DNA of 64,000 bases from Leptospiraceae bacterium (GTDB taxonomy: Bacteria > Spirochaetota > Leptospiria > Leptospirales > Leptonemataceae). A program made the position numbers and the translations under genes. Position 1 is the stretch's first letter. Each line of letters starts with the position of its first letter. The stretch covers positions 128,001-192,000 of the forward strand of contig JAVJNR010000002.1 in NCBI GenBank assembly GCA_040217195.1, given 5' to 3'. Below, in pieces: positions 29,454-38,930 of the stretch. The notes beneath the pieces were generated by a model that saw nothing but the letters and a program-made list of their open reading frames with translations, did not search any database and was not told the DNA's origin.

Positions 29454-29692
29454 CGAGCCAGAACCTTAAGATCCTGACCGTATTTCTTCATCAGAGATTT
29501 AACTCCGATGCGATTCAGGGTCTTGAGCATGCGTGCGGAGATCCGAAGAGTTACATAACGATTCTCATCGGCAATGTACACTTTCTTGGTCACAAGGTTG
29601 ACCTTGAATTTTCTTCTGGATTTTCTATGTGAGTGGGAAACGGTATTTCCTGACCCAGTTTGCTTTCCGGAAACCTGACATCTACGAGCCAT
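29450..29692 (-). CDS. rpmB: 50S ribosomal protein L28
   Basis: MARRCQVSGK...GNTVSHSHRKSRRKFKVNL...LRISAR.LKT; ATG at 29692. Confidence 0.97.
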   Translation of the reverse strand: MARRCQVSGKQTGSGNTVSHSHRKSRRKFKVNLVTKKVYIADENRYVTLRISARMLKTLNRIGVKSLMKKYGQDLKVLAR

Positions 29693-29823
29693 AGTCGAGA
29701 ATTTTTCGATTGCCCCGAGGGTCAAGCGAAAGCAACACAGCAGAAGCGTTTGCTGCTTTTTTTCCTCATAAATACATGTGAAATCAGCAATCTGATCTCT
29801 GGAATACCAGAAGGGGAGGAATT

Positions 29824-30054
29824 ATGTCGTATCAAAAGGATCTGGAAAGAGGCTCAGGTGAGGTGCTCAGGCTGGAGCTTTCAGAATTCAAAGGACGGAA
29901 ATTGTTCAATATTCGGATATGGTACCAGGACAAAGAAAGCGGGGAGTATCGCCCCACTGCAAAAGGTGTCACAATTCGACCGGACCAGTTTCAGGAATTT
30001 AAACAGGCAATACTGGAAGCAGAGCCGGAAGTGAATCAGGCTTTGCAGGAATAG
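29824..30054 (+). CDS. PC4/YdbC family ssDNA-binding protein
   Basis: SEFKGR.L.NIRIWY.D..GEYRPT.KGVTI; GGGGAGG SD. Confidence 0.88.
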   Translation: MSYQKDLERGSGEVLRLELSEFKGRKLFNIRIWYQDKESGEYRPTAKGVTIRPDQFQEFKQAILEAEPEVNQALQE

Positions 30055-30079
30055 TCCTTGAGAATTTGGAATCCATGGA

Positions 30080-31273
30080 ATGAATAAAATCAAAAAAGCA
30101 CTTCTAATCATTTTGGGTATATCCTGGGCATTGCTCTTTGTCTGGGCCTTTCAGGATGCAAGAGTCTTTGCAAGGGTGAAAATTGCCCAGTATCTGGGTT
30201 GGCATTCAGGTACGGTGCCGGAACAAACCAGCGAAGCGATCGCTCTCCATGAGTTTTTGCCGCGATCGCAGCTGGTGCCCGAGTCTCCCAATAAGCCGGA
30301 GAAACCTGCCTATCCATTGTTTGAATTTCATGGTCATATTTTTCCAGGATACGAAGGCAACCTCATCGAAGAAATGTCGGATCTTGACACCGCCATGTTT
30401 GTGGATCTAGCTTTGCGAACAACAACGGTAGAGAAATTCGATGAGTTGCGAACGAAATACCCGGATGAACGAATACTCATTTTTCCTGGATTGAACTATG
30501 ATCGCCTGGAGGAAGAAGGAGATCCGTTCCAGAAGATGGCCCGGGATCTGGAGGCTCTTGCCAGGGACCGAGGCGTAAAAGGAATCAAGCTCTGGAAGGA
30601 CCTGGGCCTGTTTAGAAAATACAAAGATGAAATCATTCCCATCGATGATCCTCGGCTGGATCCGGTCTGGGATGTTTGCGCCCGGTATAACCTGGTGGTA
30701 GGAATTCACACTGCGGATCCCCCGGCATTTTTTGATCCAACGGATGAGCACAATGAACGGTTCCAGGAATTGGCCAGACGACCGGAATGGTCTTTCTTCG
30801 GAGAGGGGTTTCCATCCTTTGATGAATTACTGGCACAAAGAGATCGATTGTTTCAGCGCCGGCGAGACGTACGATTTGTGGCTCTCCATTTTGGTGAACT
30901 GGCCCATGACCTGGGAAAAGCCCGAAAGCTACTCCAGAAAAATCCCAATGTCTGGCTGGATACAGCGCAGCGAATCGATGAGCTTGGCCGGCATCCTCGG
31001 GCGGTGGCCCGGTTCTTCGTTGATTTTCAGGACCGAATCCTGTATGGAACCGACGGTTTACCGGACAGATCCAAAATTGAAATCTACTGGCGATTCTTCG
31101 AGACAGACGATGACTATTTTGACTATTATCCGGACCATAAACCACGCAAGGGACTGTGGAAAATCCATGGATTGAACTTGCCAGATCCTGTACTGAAGAA
31201 ACTATATTATGGAAACGCTCTGAAACTTTTGAACATTTCTGAGAAAGAATTCTTCCGATATGTAGAGCAATAG
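30080..31273 (+). CDS. Exported amidohydrolase-2 family metallohydrolase
   Basis: N-terminal signal/anchor; EFHGH, GIKLWK, DDPRLDPVW, IHTADP, ALHF, DRILYGTD, K.YY.NA. Confidence 0.85.
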   Translation: MNKIKKALLIILGISWALLFVWAFQDARVFARVKIAQYLGWHSGTVPEQTSEAIALHEFLPRSQLVPESPNKPEKPAYPLFEFHGHIFPGYEGNLIEEMSDLDTAMFVDLALRTTTVEKFDELRTKYPDERILIFPGLNYDRLEEEGDPFQKMARDLEALARDRGVKGIKLWKDLGLFRKYKDEIIPIDDPRLDPVWDVCARYNLVVGIHTADPPAFFDPTDEHNERFQELARRPEWSFFGEGFPSFDELLAQRDRLFQRRRDVRFVALHFGELAHDLGKARKLLQKNPNVWLDTAQRIDELGRHPRAVARFFVDFQDRILYGTDGLPDRSKIEIYWRFFETDDDYFDYYPDHKPRKGLWKIHGLNLPDPVLKKLYYGNALKLLNISEKEFFRYVEQ

Positions 31274-31410
31274 GGCCTGGTGACGGAAGGACGATCAAGA
31301 TTGGTCGGGAAAAGAGGGAAAAAGAAAAAGGGGCCCCTCATTCCCATAAGCCCCGGCCCCTCGGCGCCCAGTGAATAGCCCACCGGGAGATTGTACAAGC
31401 GATTTTTTTC

Positions 31411-34041
31411 ATGGCCACCACCAAACGTTTCAAATACAAATGCCGCTCCTGCGGACAGTACTATCTGGTGGTGCTGGACCCAACAAAGCGCACCATACAT
31501 CGCAGTAAATGTCCTTATTGTGCTCATAGCAGCCGCTTCGATAACCGGGATGGCCGATTGGATGGCAGCGGTGCGGCCAATGCCCTGGGTTCCAGGAGTC
31601 TTGCCGGTTCCGGCTCCCCTGGTGGATCGTCCCTTTCTGGTCCTGGACGAAAATCTGTTTCCGGCCCGGCCGGCGCGGGTAATGGCCTGGCGGTTCAGTC
31701 CCGGGACTTCTCCGGCCGAAAACCTGGCTCTCGTAGCACCGGCAATTCTGGTTCCTCAGGATCATCCGGGCTGAACTTGATTGGAACGATAGGCGATTTT
31801 TTCTCAGGTCTTGGGGAATGGATTTCTGGCCTGGCAAATGGCCGTTCTCCTGTGGCTCTGGGTATTGCCGGAATAGGGATTCTGGGTTTGCTCATCGGTT
31901 TCTATTTTCTTATCGTTGCATTTTCCGTTGATGGGGATGAATTCATTCACCGGGCCCAGGGGATTACTGCCAATCGAATCGTGGATCGCAACGGTGCTCT
32001 GATTGGCGAGCTGTTCTCACGGAAGACTGGAACCATGAAAGCCGAAGAAGTGCCTCCTAAACTAAGAGACATTCTTCTTTTCGTGGAGGATCGCAGTTTT
32101 TATGATCACGGTGGCATCCATCTTCCTTCCATTGCACGGGCCTTCTTCGCAAACGTACTGAGGCTTGGTTATGCCCAGGGTGGCTCCACGATTACGCAAC
32201 AGCTGGCACGGGTATTGATGGAAGACTTTGAAAAGTCTTTAGCCAGAAAGGTGCGTGAGGCCTCCCTTGCCCTGCAGCTGGAAAGTTCCATGAGTAAAGA
32301 TGCGATTCTGGCCGCGTACATGAACCAGGTGTACCTGGGACATGGAGCTTACGGTATGCAGGAAGCATCCAAATTTTATTTTCGCAAAGGTCTAAGCGAA
32401 ACCAATTTCGTAGAGAATCTGATTCTGGCATGTCTTCCTTCGGCCCCCAGTCGGTTTTCCCCCATACGTCATCCGGATGAATTAGTTACGAAGATGGACG
32501 TAGTCTATTCGGAGATGCAAAAAGAAGGCTTTGAATCGCCCTCGCAAAATGAATACGATTTACTCAAAGAACAGGTGTTTTCTTCAATCAATCGTAGCCC
32601 TTCAGCCACTGTATTTGGAACCAGAGTCAATGAAGCCCCATTTGTTTCGGAACATATTCGATTACAGATAAAAGAACTCCTGGGTGGTGAGTTCATGTAC
32701 GGCAAAGGACTTCTGATTGAAACCACTATAGATCGATCATTGCAGGTGGCCGCCACGGAACAGAGCGAAGCCTGGATGGAAGAAGTATCCAAATATCATA
32801 AGCCCACTATTCGAAAGGATGGTAAGGTTGTTCCTGAAACGGATAAAGCAGTCCTGATTCGAAGAGAATACGAACGCATGGGTCTTGGCCCTGTACTTCT
32901 GGGTGCACCGGCAAGCGCAGTTCAGGAGCCCAGGCTTCAAACTGCCAGCGTAGGGATCCATCCTGAAACCGGCGCCGTGCTGTTCATGAATGGAGGCACC
33001 AGGTTCCATTCCGGAAATCAGCTCAATCGTTCGGTGATGATGTACCGTCAAACTGGAAGTGCGATTAAGCCAATTATCTATTCTGCAGGGCTGGAGACCG
33101 GGGAAATCAATCCCGCCACAGCTCTGGACGACTCCCCGATCTTCTTTGATGGGGCCAGGGGCGCGAACGGTGAGAACTACTGGCTTCCGGATAACATAAG
33201 TGTCAGTTATGAAGGTTTGATTCCGGCCCGGGTAGCGCTGGCAAAGTCCAGAAACATCCCGGCCATTCGTGTAGCCAGAATGGTAGGAGTGCCCAGGTTG
33301 GGAGAGCAATTCAGAAAGTTCTTTTTTCATTCCGATGCTCAGTTTAAGAGTAGATTCAAAGAGAATTTAACTGTTGCTATTGGTTCTACTGAAATGAGTC
33401 CGCTGGAAATGGCCGTTGCATTTGCCGCTGTGGCTAACAATGGAGTAATGAGACGTCCTTATCTGATCAAGACAATCAAGGATCCGGACGGGAAGATTCT
33501 GTATAACGGCGCCGGCGAAGATGAATTTGATCTAAATGTACCGGTGGAAAGTAAGGTTCTTCCCGGGGATGTGGCAGCAGTACTGACCAGTATGATGAAA
33601 GACGCAGCCAAGTATGGCGGAGTGAATCGTGGCGGTTTCAGTTCCCCGGATCTTGCCGGCAAAACTGGTACAACCAATGAATACAGAGATGCCTGGTTCA
33701 TCGGATTTATACCCAGGATTTCAGCAGCTGTCTGGGTAGGCTTTGATCAACCAAAGTATTCTACACGTCGGGGAACAGGCTCCTCTCTGGCCGGTCCTTT
33801 ATTCGGACGAATCCTCAAAGCGGCTCCCGCCGATCTTAAGAATGGCAATTATCTGTTTTCGCCAGCACCTGTTACAAAGAGAGTCTGCTCTGAATCCGGC
33901 GATTTGCCCGGTCCTTATTGTCCTGCAACCAGAACTGAAATAATGCCAGCGTCGGCTGTGCCAGGTCATGTATGTGAAATCCATAAAAAGCCTGAAGCCG
34001 AACCAGTGGCTCCGGAACCGGAGGATTCAGACTTTGATTAA
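31411..34041 (+). CDS. Class A penicillin-binding protein (PBP1A-like) with N-terminal zinc ribbon
   Basis: GT motifs EDRSFY.H.G, QGGSTITQQLAR, RK..E, Y.N..YLG; TP motifs S-A-I-K, SRN, KTGTT; single TM; N-terminal CRSC...CPYC. Confidence 0.93.
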   Translation: MATTKRFKYKCRSCGQYYLVVLDPTKRTIHRSKCPYCAHSSRFDNRDGRLDGSGAANALGSRSLAGSGSPGGSSLSGPGRKSVSGPAGAGNGLAVQSRDFSGRKPGSRSTGNSGSSGSSGLNLIGTIGDFFSGLGEWISGLANGRSPVALGIAGIGILGLLIGFYFLIVAFSVDGDEFIHRAQGITANRIVDRNGALIGELFSRKTGTMKAEEVPPKLRDILLFVEDRSFYDHGGIHLPSIARAFFANVLRLGYAQGGSTITQQLARVLMEDFEKSLARKVREASLALQLESSMSKDAILAAYMNQVYLGHGAYGMQEASKFYFRKGLSETNFVENLILACLPSAPSRFSPIRHPDELVTKMDVVYSEMQKEGFESPSQNEYDLLKEQVFSSINRSPSATVFGTRVNEAPFVSEHIRLQIKELLGGEFMYGKGLLIETTIDRSLQVAATEQSEAWMEEVSKYHKPTIRKDGKVVPETDKAVLIRREYERMGLGPVLLGAPASAVQEPRLQTASVGIHPETGAVLFMNGGTRFHSGNQLNRSVMMYRQTGSAIKPIIYSAGLETGEINPATALDDSPIFFDGARGANGENYWLPDNISVSYEGLIPARVALAKSRNIPAIRVARMVGVPRLGEQFRKFFFHSDAQFKSRFKENLTVAIGSTEMSPLEMAVAFAAVANNGVMRRPYLIKTIKDPDGKILYNGAGEDEFDLNVPVESKVLPGDVAAVLTSMMKDAAKYGGVNRGGFSSPDLAGKTGTTNEYRDAWFIGFIPRISAAVWVGFDQPKYSTRRGTGSSLAGPLFGRILKAAPADLKNGNYLFSPAPVTKRVCSESGDLPGPYCPATRTEIMPASAVPGHVCEIHKKPEAEPVAPEPEDSDFD

Positions 34042-34147
34042 TCCGAATTCAAAATGGATGTCGGTGCTGATGCACTGGAACTCTCTAATGTCCTGCCGTA
34101 ACTCTCCGTTGGCCCGCCGGGGATTTCCACCGCCGAATTGCTCAGAT

Positions 34148-35182
34148 TTGACAAATCTTTATGCGGATAGAAAGGCATTTCTTTGTCGGAATGCGCTGGC
34201 TTTTCTATTGTTATGCGGCCTGCTGCTCAACTTGTTTCCAACCACGATTCAGGCGAACGGGGCAGGGTTATTCAGGAGGGCCTATGCTCTGGAAACATCC
34301 GATCCGGAAGCGGCCATTCGAAATTACAGAGCGGCCCTATCCAGCGGGCTGCCAGCCAATCTTCGCCGAGCAGCCGTCTGGAAGGTATACTTTCTGTATA
34401 AGAGAAATCATTATTACATTCAGGCCTATCGATACGGAAATACCATCGGGGCCGGAGGCTCCCATCAATCAGAGATTATGCGAAATGCACTGCATCGCTG
34501 GGGAATTACCAGTTCTGATTTCAATACCCTGGTTCAGGCCTGGTCTTCGGGCAGCGGATTTCCAGACGTAGCCAACAAAATAATAGGCCAGAGAAGTCGC
34601 AAAGCACCGGTACTTGCGGCCGATCTGAGAAGGGCCCTGGAGCTGGAAGGCAAGGGGGATCTGGCCAGTAGGGTTATTGTGCGAAAGCCAAATAGCAAAA
34701 CTGGCAATGATCCAGATCTGGAGCAGGCAGAATATTATTACAGCCAGGGAGATCTCAAGGGCGCAGAGAATCTCCTATGGAAGAAAGCCAAATCCGATGA
34801 CCTGAACTCGGCGGCTCGCTCCAGGCTTTTATACTTACTGGGTAAAATCCGACTAAAGCAGAACAACGAAACAGAGGCCATACGATTCTATCGTCTGGCT
34901 GCCGGGTACGCTTCGGATTCAGAATCCCGCAGGATGCTTGCCCTCGCCTCCTACCGGCTGTATCGAAATGGAAAGAAAGAAGCTGCATACGAACTAATTG
35001 ACCAGTTCCCGGAGCCAGATGAAGATAGGATGCGACTGTATTTTCTGGTTGTGGCTGTGGATGCGGCCTCCAATCAGAATGCTCTTCGTCGTTTGAGGTC
35101 CATGGAAAAGGAAATCCGGGAGAGAGTCCGATTGGGACAGGCGGGTTTTCTGGAGAAGAAGGCTTTGAGTCTGCTAAATTGA
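34148..35182 (+). CDS. Exported TPR-repeat protein
   Basis: Signal peptide ending PTTIQA; TPR-like helices (AEYYYSQGDLKGAE, LYLLGKI...AIRFY); start uncertain, TTG 34148 chosen. Confidence 0.7.
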   Translation: MTNLYADRKAFLCRNALAFLLLCGLLLNLFPTTIQANGAGLFRRAYALETSDPEAAIRNYRAALSSGLPANLRRAAVWKVYFLYKRNHYYIQAYRYGNTIGAGGSHQSEIMRNALHRWGITSSDFNTLVQAWSSGSGFPDVANKIIGQRSRKAPVLAADLRRALELEGKGDLASRVIVRKPNSKTGNDPDLEQAEYYYSQGDLKGAENLLWKKAKSDDLNSAARSRLLYLLGKIRLKQNNETEAIRFYRLAAGYASDSESRRMLALASYRLYRNGKKEAAYELIDQFPEPDEDRMRLYFLVVAVDAASNQNALRRLRSMEKEIRERVRLGQAGFLEKKALSLLN

Positions 35183-35222
35183 GGCTCGTCGAATGATTCG
35201 AATCCGGTAAACGATTTCTAAT

Positions 35223-36212
35223 ATGAAGCTACTGAATTTAATTCCCATTTGCCTGGTGCTGGCAGGCTGCCTGATGCAATGCGCATCAGCAGAGAAAAGG
35301 AATGATAATTCAGGTACGGAGCAAACCTCGGATCCGGTGGCCGATGAGTATTTAGAAAAACAAAAAGAAGATCAAAGTAATCAGGATTTGAAAGACGTTC
35401 CAGTAAGAATTGATCGAACCAATGATTCAGACGGAGAAGCCTTCGTAATAACAGAGTCCAGCGAATCGGACCCTGATACGGAAGACCAGCAACAGGAGCA
35501 CACGAAGCCACTTACGGAAGATGAGAAAGGAAAGCCCGAAGGGTTATCCGAAGCGGAACGAAAAGCAGAAGAAGAGCGTTTGGCTCAGCTCGAAAAAGAA
35601 AGAAAGGAAAAAGAGGAAGCTCGCAGAAAAGAGGAAGAACGACGAAAGAAGGAAGCCGAACTAAAAAGACTAAAAAACGAGGCAACGTATCAGGCAGAAG
35701 CCTTTGCCAATCGGCAACGAGAATTTGAAATGGCTCGCAAAGCCTTTCGAATAGAAGCATTGGTAGTGCGAAGGGATGCTCGCCTGGGTTCCGTATATCC
35801 TCAGTCGCAGACGTTCTGGACCAGAGAATCCGAGCAGAGATTCACGGCAAATCCAGCGTTTGAAGTAGGAACCGATCAAATCTATCTTGTAAAACTTTCA
35901 AATCCCCTGGATTATCAATCCTCCATTTCCGTGAATGTTCCTCCCGGTGCAGTTGTTATAGAATTGAAAGATCCGCTAGCTGTGTGGAATCGGATCAAAG
36001 ACGGCTCCGGGCGCTGGATTTTGATGCAGAAAACCAGCGAAGGATATGTTCCTTTGAGCCTGGATCGAAACGGAATCAGCTATCGTGTCGCTTCTGTGGA
36101 GATAGAATCTGGAATTGTGAAGCTGGAGATCTATAGTCGGTCAAATACGCGCCGAGCCGGACAGTATCACATTCTGTATCCGGTAGAACTGGAATTAATA
36201 CCGGCTCCCTGA
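35223..36212 (+). CDS. Putative lipoprotein with E/K/R-rich helical stalk
   Basis: MKLLNLIPICLVLAGCLMQC signal; acidic region followed by an EERKEKEEARRKEEERRKK charged helix. Confidence 0.75.
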   Translation: MKLLNLIPICLVLAGCLMQCASAEKRNDNSGTEQTSDPVADEYLEKQKEDQSNQDLKDVPVRIDRTNDSDGEAFVITESSESDPDTEDQQQEHTKPLTEDEKGKPEGLSEAERKAEEERLAQLEKERKEKEEARRKEEERRKKEAELKRLKNEATYQAEAFANRQREFEMARKAFRIEALVVRRDARLGSVYPQSQTFWTRESEQRFTANPAFEVGTDQIYLVKLSNPLDYQSSISVNVPPGAVVIELKDPLAVWNRIKDGSGRWILMQKTSEGYVPLSLDRNGISYRVASVEIESGIVKLEIYSRSNTRRAGQYHILYPVELELIPAP

Positions 36213-36233
36213 TCATGGGAGCCGGCCAAATTC

Positions 36234-37922
36234 TTAACTTTTCTTTTTGAATACACCGAAAATCTTGCCCAGAATACCCTGCTTCTTTGCAGGTTCTTCT
36301 CGGCGCTGACTCTTGCCCCGATTTCGCGAACCCTGCTGGTTGCGATTCTGATTTCTACCGTCATTGCGGTTTTCGCTGCGGGCTTCCGAACCCTGGGAGG
36401 AGGGCCGGCGCTTTCGATTCCGGTTGCCCGCTTTCTTTGCTCGTGCAGGAGCAGGTGCCTTATCCCGCCCCAGCAGTCTTGCCCGGTCCTGTTCGCGGAC
36501 TGTATTAGCATCATTGCTATCGGCAGTAGCCACATTTGCATCTGCGGGTTTTCTGGATCCGGCGGGTCTTCGCTTTCTTTTTCTTCGCTGATCTGAAGAA
36601 CGATCCGATTCAGGTGTTTCTGTGGCGGCTTTTGGCGGCCTGGATCCTTCGCGACGACCCTGGCCATCCGAAGGGCCTCGGCCACCTTTGCGATTCCTGC
36701 GACGATTGTTGCGATCTCCTTCGGGTCCGGATTGCTCCTTTTCGCTGGAGCCTTCATGCGAATCCCGGAAAGGTTCAAAGTTGCCTTCAGGAAATTTTAC
36801 GAAGGAGGGGTCCACCTGACCCACTGGAATCTTATGCTTCAACAGCTGCTCAATTCGCGGAAGGCATTCGAAATCGTCCTCGGAGCAGAAAGAATAGCTA
36901 ATGCCTGTCTTGCCTGCTCTGGCCGTCCGCCCAATCCGGTGCACATAGGATTCCGAATCCTGCGGTAGATCATAGTTGAAGACATGAGTGATGTCATCCA
37001 CATCCAGTCCGCGGCTGGCAACATCCGTGGCTACCAGTACGCTATATTTCCCCAGTTTGAACTGTTTGAGTAATCGTACTCGTTTCTTCTGGTCCAGAAG
37101 TGAAGACAATCCCGTGGCTGCCACTCCGTAGCGATGCAGCTTTTTCGTGATATCCAGTACCTTTCTTTTGTAGTTCGTGAAGATAATGGCCCTGGGTTTC
37201 TCTGCTCCAAGAATCAAATTGATCAGATAGGGCATCTTCTCTTCGCGTCCCAGATGAAACAGATGCTGATCAATTTTATCTACTTCAATCGTTTCAGCTT
37301 TGGTTCGAACCTCCACTGGATCGTGCATGAAGTCCCAGGCCAATCGCATGACGTAGTAACTCATGGTTGCTGAGAACAACATGGTTTGAGATTTTTCCGG
37401 GAGCTTCTTCATTATGTAACGAATGTCCCGAATGAATCCCATATCGAACATCCGATCGGCTTCATCAAGTATCAGATGATGGATGCTGTCCGTGGGAAAT
37501 TTGTTTTGTTTGATGTAATCAATGAGACGACCTGGTGTTGCTACAATGACCGATGGTTTCGCAGCGAGCTGCTTCTCCTGTTTGTCATAGCTGTCGCCTC
37601 CATAGATGGTGGCCAGATTCAGAGAATGATGGGTCAGTAATTTCTCAACTTCTTCAGCTATCTGGAGACAGATTTCGCGGGTGGGGGTGAGGATCAGTGC
37701 TGCGGGGCTCTTTCCTTCTTCCCTGGCCTGGATTATATGATCAATCACTGGGAGCAGAAATGCGATAGTCTTTCCGGTTCCTGTTTGACTGATGCCTACA
37801 ATGTCTCGCCCTTCCTGGGCTGGCTGAATGGTATCTTCCTGGATCTGCGTTAATGTTTCCAGCCCCTGGTCTGCCAGAGCCTGTTTTAAGTCCTTGTGGA
37901 CTGCTAAATCTTCAAATCGCAT
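36234..37922 (-). CDS. DEAD-box RNA helicase (RhlB/RhlE-like) with long basic C-tail
   Basis: Q motif, SQTGTGKT, PTRE, TPGRL, LDEADRM, FSAT, TDVASRGLD, YVHRIGRTARAG; ATG at 37922. Confidence 0.95.
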   Translation of the reverse strand: MRFEDLAVHKDLKQALADQGLETLTQIQEDTIQPAQEGRDIVGISQTGTGKTIAFLLPVIDHIIQAREEGKSPAALILTPTREICLQIAEEVEKLLTHHSLNLATIYGGDSYDKQEKQLAAKPSVIVATPGRLIDYIKQNKFPTDSIHHLILDEADRMFDMGFIRDIRYIMKKLPEKSQTMLFSATMSYYVMRLAWDFMHDPVEVRTKAETIEVDKIDQHLFHLGREEKMPYLINLILGAEKPRAIIFTNYKRKVLDITKKLHRYGVAATGLSSLLDQKKRVRLLKQFKLGKYSVLVATDVASRGLDVDDITHVFNYDLPQDSESYVHRIGRTARAGKTGISYSFCSEDDFECLPRIEQLLKHKIPVGQVDPSFVKFPEGNFEPFRDSHEGSSEKEQSGPEGDRNNRRRNRKGGRGPSDGQGRREGSRPPKAATETPESDRSSDQRRKRKRRPAGSRKPADANVATADSNDANTVREQDRARLLGRDKAPAPARAKKAGNRNRKRRPSSQGSEARSENRNDGRNQNRNQQGSRNRGKSQRREEPAKKQGILGKIFGVFKKKS

Positions 37923-38017
37923 TCTCTGCCACCTGAGCAAATGCCGGCAGCCTGTCAATTCCGACTGCCGGAGGGAAAATTCGTTGACCAGCCTCAAATT
38001 AGAGGTTATGGTCTATT

Positions 38018-38911
38018 ATGATCATCTCAGACACCGGTCGAAAATTTCGATACGGTGCCGCCTTCCTGCTCATTTTCATCTTTGTCCAACCCTTGATTTC
38101 CGCGCCGGGACTGAAAAGTCGTCCGGAAGGATCCTATCTTAGAAAGCTGGCCGATCGGGGTACTCTGAGGATCGGATTGCAAAAGAATGTGGCGCCGTTT
38201 CATATTCCCGGAAACTCCGAATTTCCTGGCCTGGACGTTGAAATTGGACTATCCATAGCCTCCCATATGGGCCTGAAACCGGAGTTCAAATTTGGAAATC
38301 TGGATGAGCTGATCAGTATGGCAGCGCGGGGTGAGATCGACATTGCTCTTGGTGGTGTTTCCAGCGATCTTAAGCGAGGGCTCACTGTTAACTTTAGTGA
38401 TCCATACTTAAAGACTACACCGGCCGCCCTGCTAAACCGAAAGGCTCTTCCTCCGGAAACTGGTTCCGTTGACTTTCCCAAGAAGAAGTTTGAATCTTTG
38501 CTGGATTTGCGGTACGCCGGTGCACTGAAGATTGGAGTCAAAGAAGGGACCACCAATGAAGAGATATTGAACCAGGATCCGGAATTCTCTGTGCACAGTA
38601 TTCAGCCGTTTCCAGATAATAAATCTGGAATGGAAGCTCTGGAAAACGGCGATATAGATGCCTTTGTCGCGGATGGAATCTTCATCAAAGCTCAGACCAT
38701 AATGCGAAAAGGTCTGCTATCTCGATTTGTTCCGCTCCATTCAGTGTATAGAGAAGAACATCTGTCACTGGTCCTGCCTCCTGGCCACTCCGAGTACTGG
38801 CTCTATATGAATTTCCTTCTGAAGGAAATGCATCGCACGGGAGAGATGAAAAAAATATACGATCGCTATTATTCGAACTCAGAATGGGCGAAAGATACGA
38901 TTGTAGAGTGA
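38018..38911 (+). CDS. Periplasmic solute-binding protein, family 3 (polar amino acid type)
   Basis: Signal peptide; GTLRIG....PF, GLDVEI, GEIDIA, V.FSDPY, IGVKEGTT, L..G.IDA..AD. Confidence 0.88.
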   Translation: MIISDTGRKFRYGAAFLLIFIFVQPLISAPGLKSRPEGSYLRKLADRGTLRIGLQKNVAPFHIPGNSEFPGLDVEIGLSIASHMGLKPEFKFGNLDELISMAARGEIDIALGGVSSDLKRGLTVNFSDPYLKTTPAALLNRKALPPETGSVDFPKKKFESLLDLRYAGALKIGVKEGTTNEEILNQDPEFSVHSIQPFPDNKSGMEALENGDIDAFVADGIFIKAQTIMRKGLLSRFVPLHSVYREEHLSLVLPPGHSEYWLYMNFLLKEMHRTGEMKKIYDRYYSNSEWAKDTIVE

Positions 38912-38930
38912 TTTAACCGGAGAAGTAACT

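Noticed and set aside
36167..36778. 203-aa alternative-frame ORF in the helicase tail
   Set aside because: Lies almost wholly within the low-complexity tail of the DEAD-box gene and has no motifs; probably a shadow ORF
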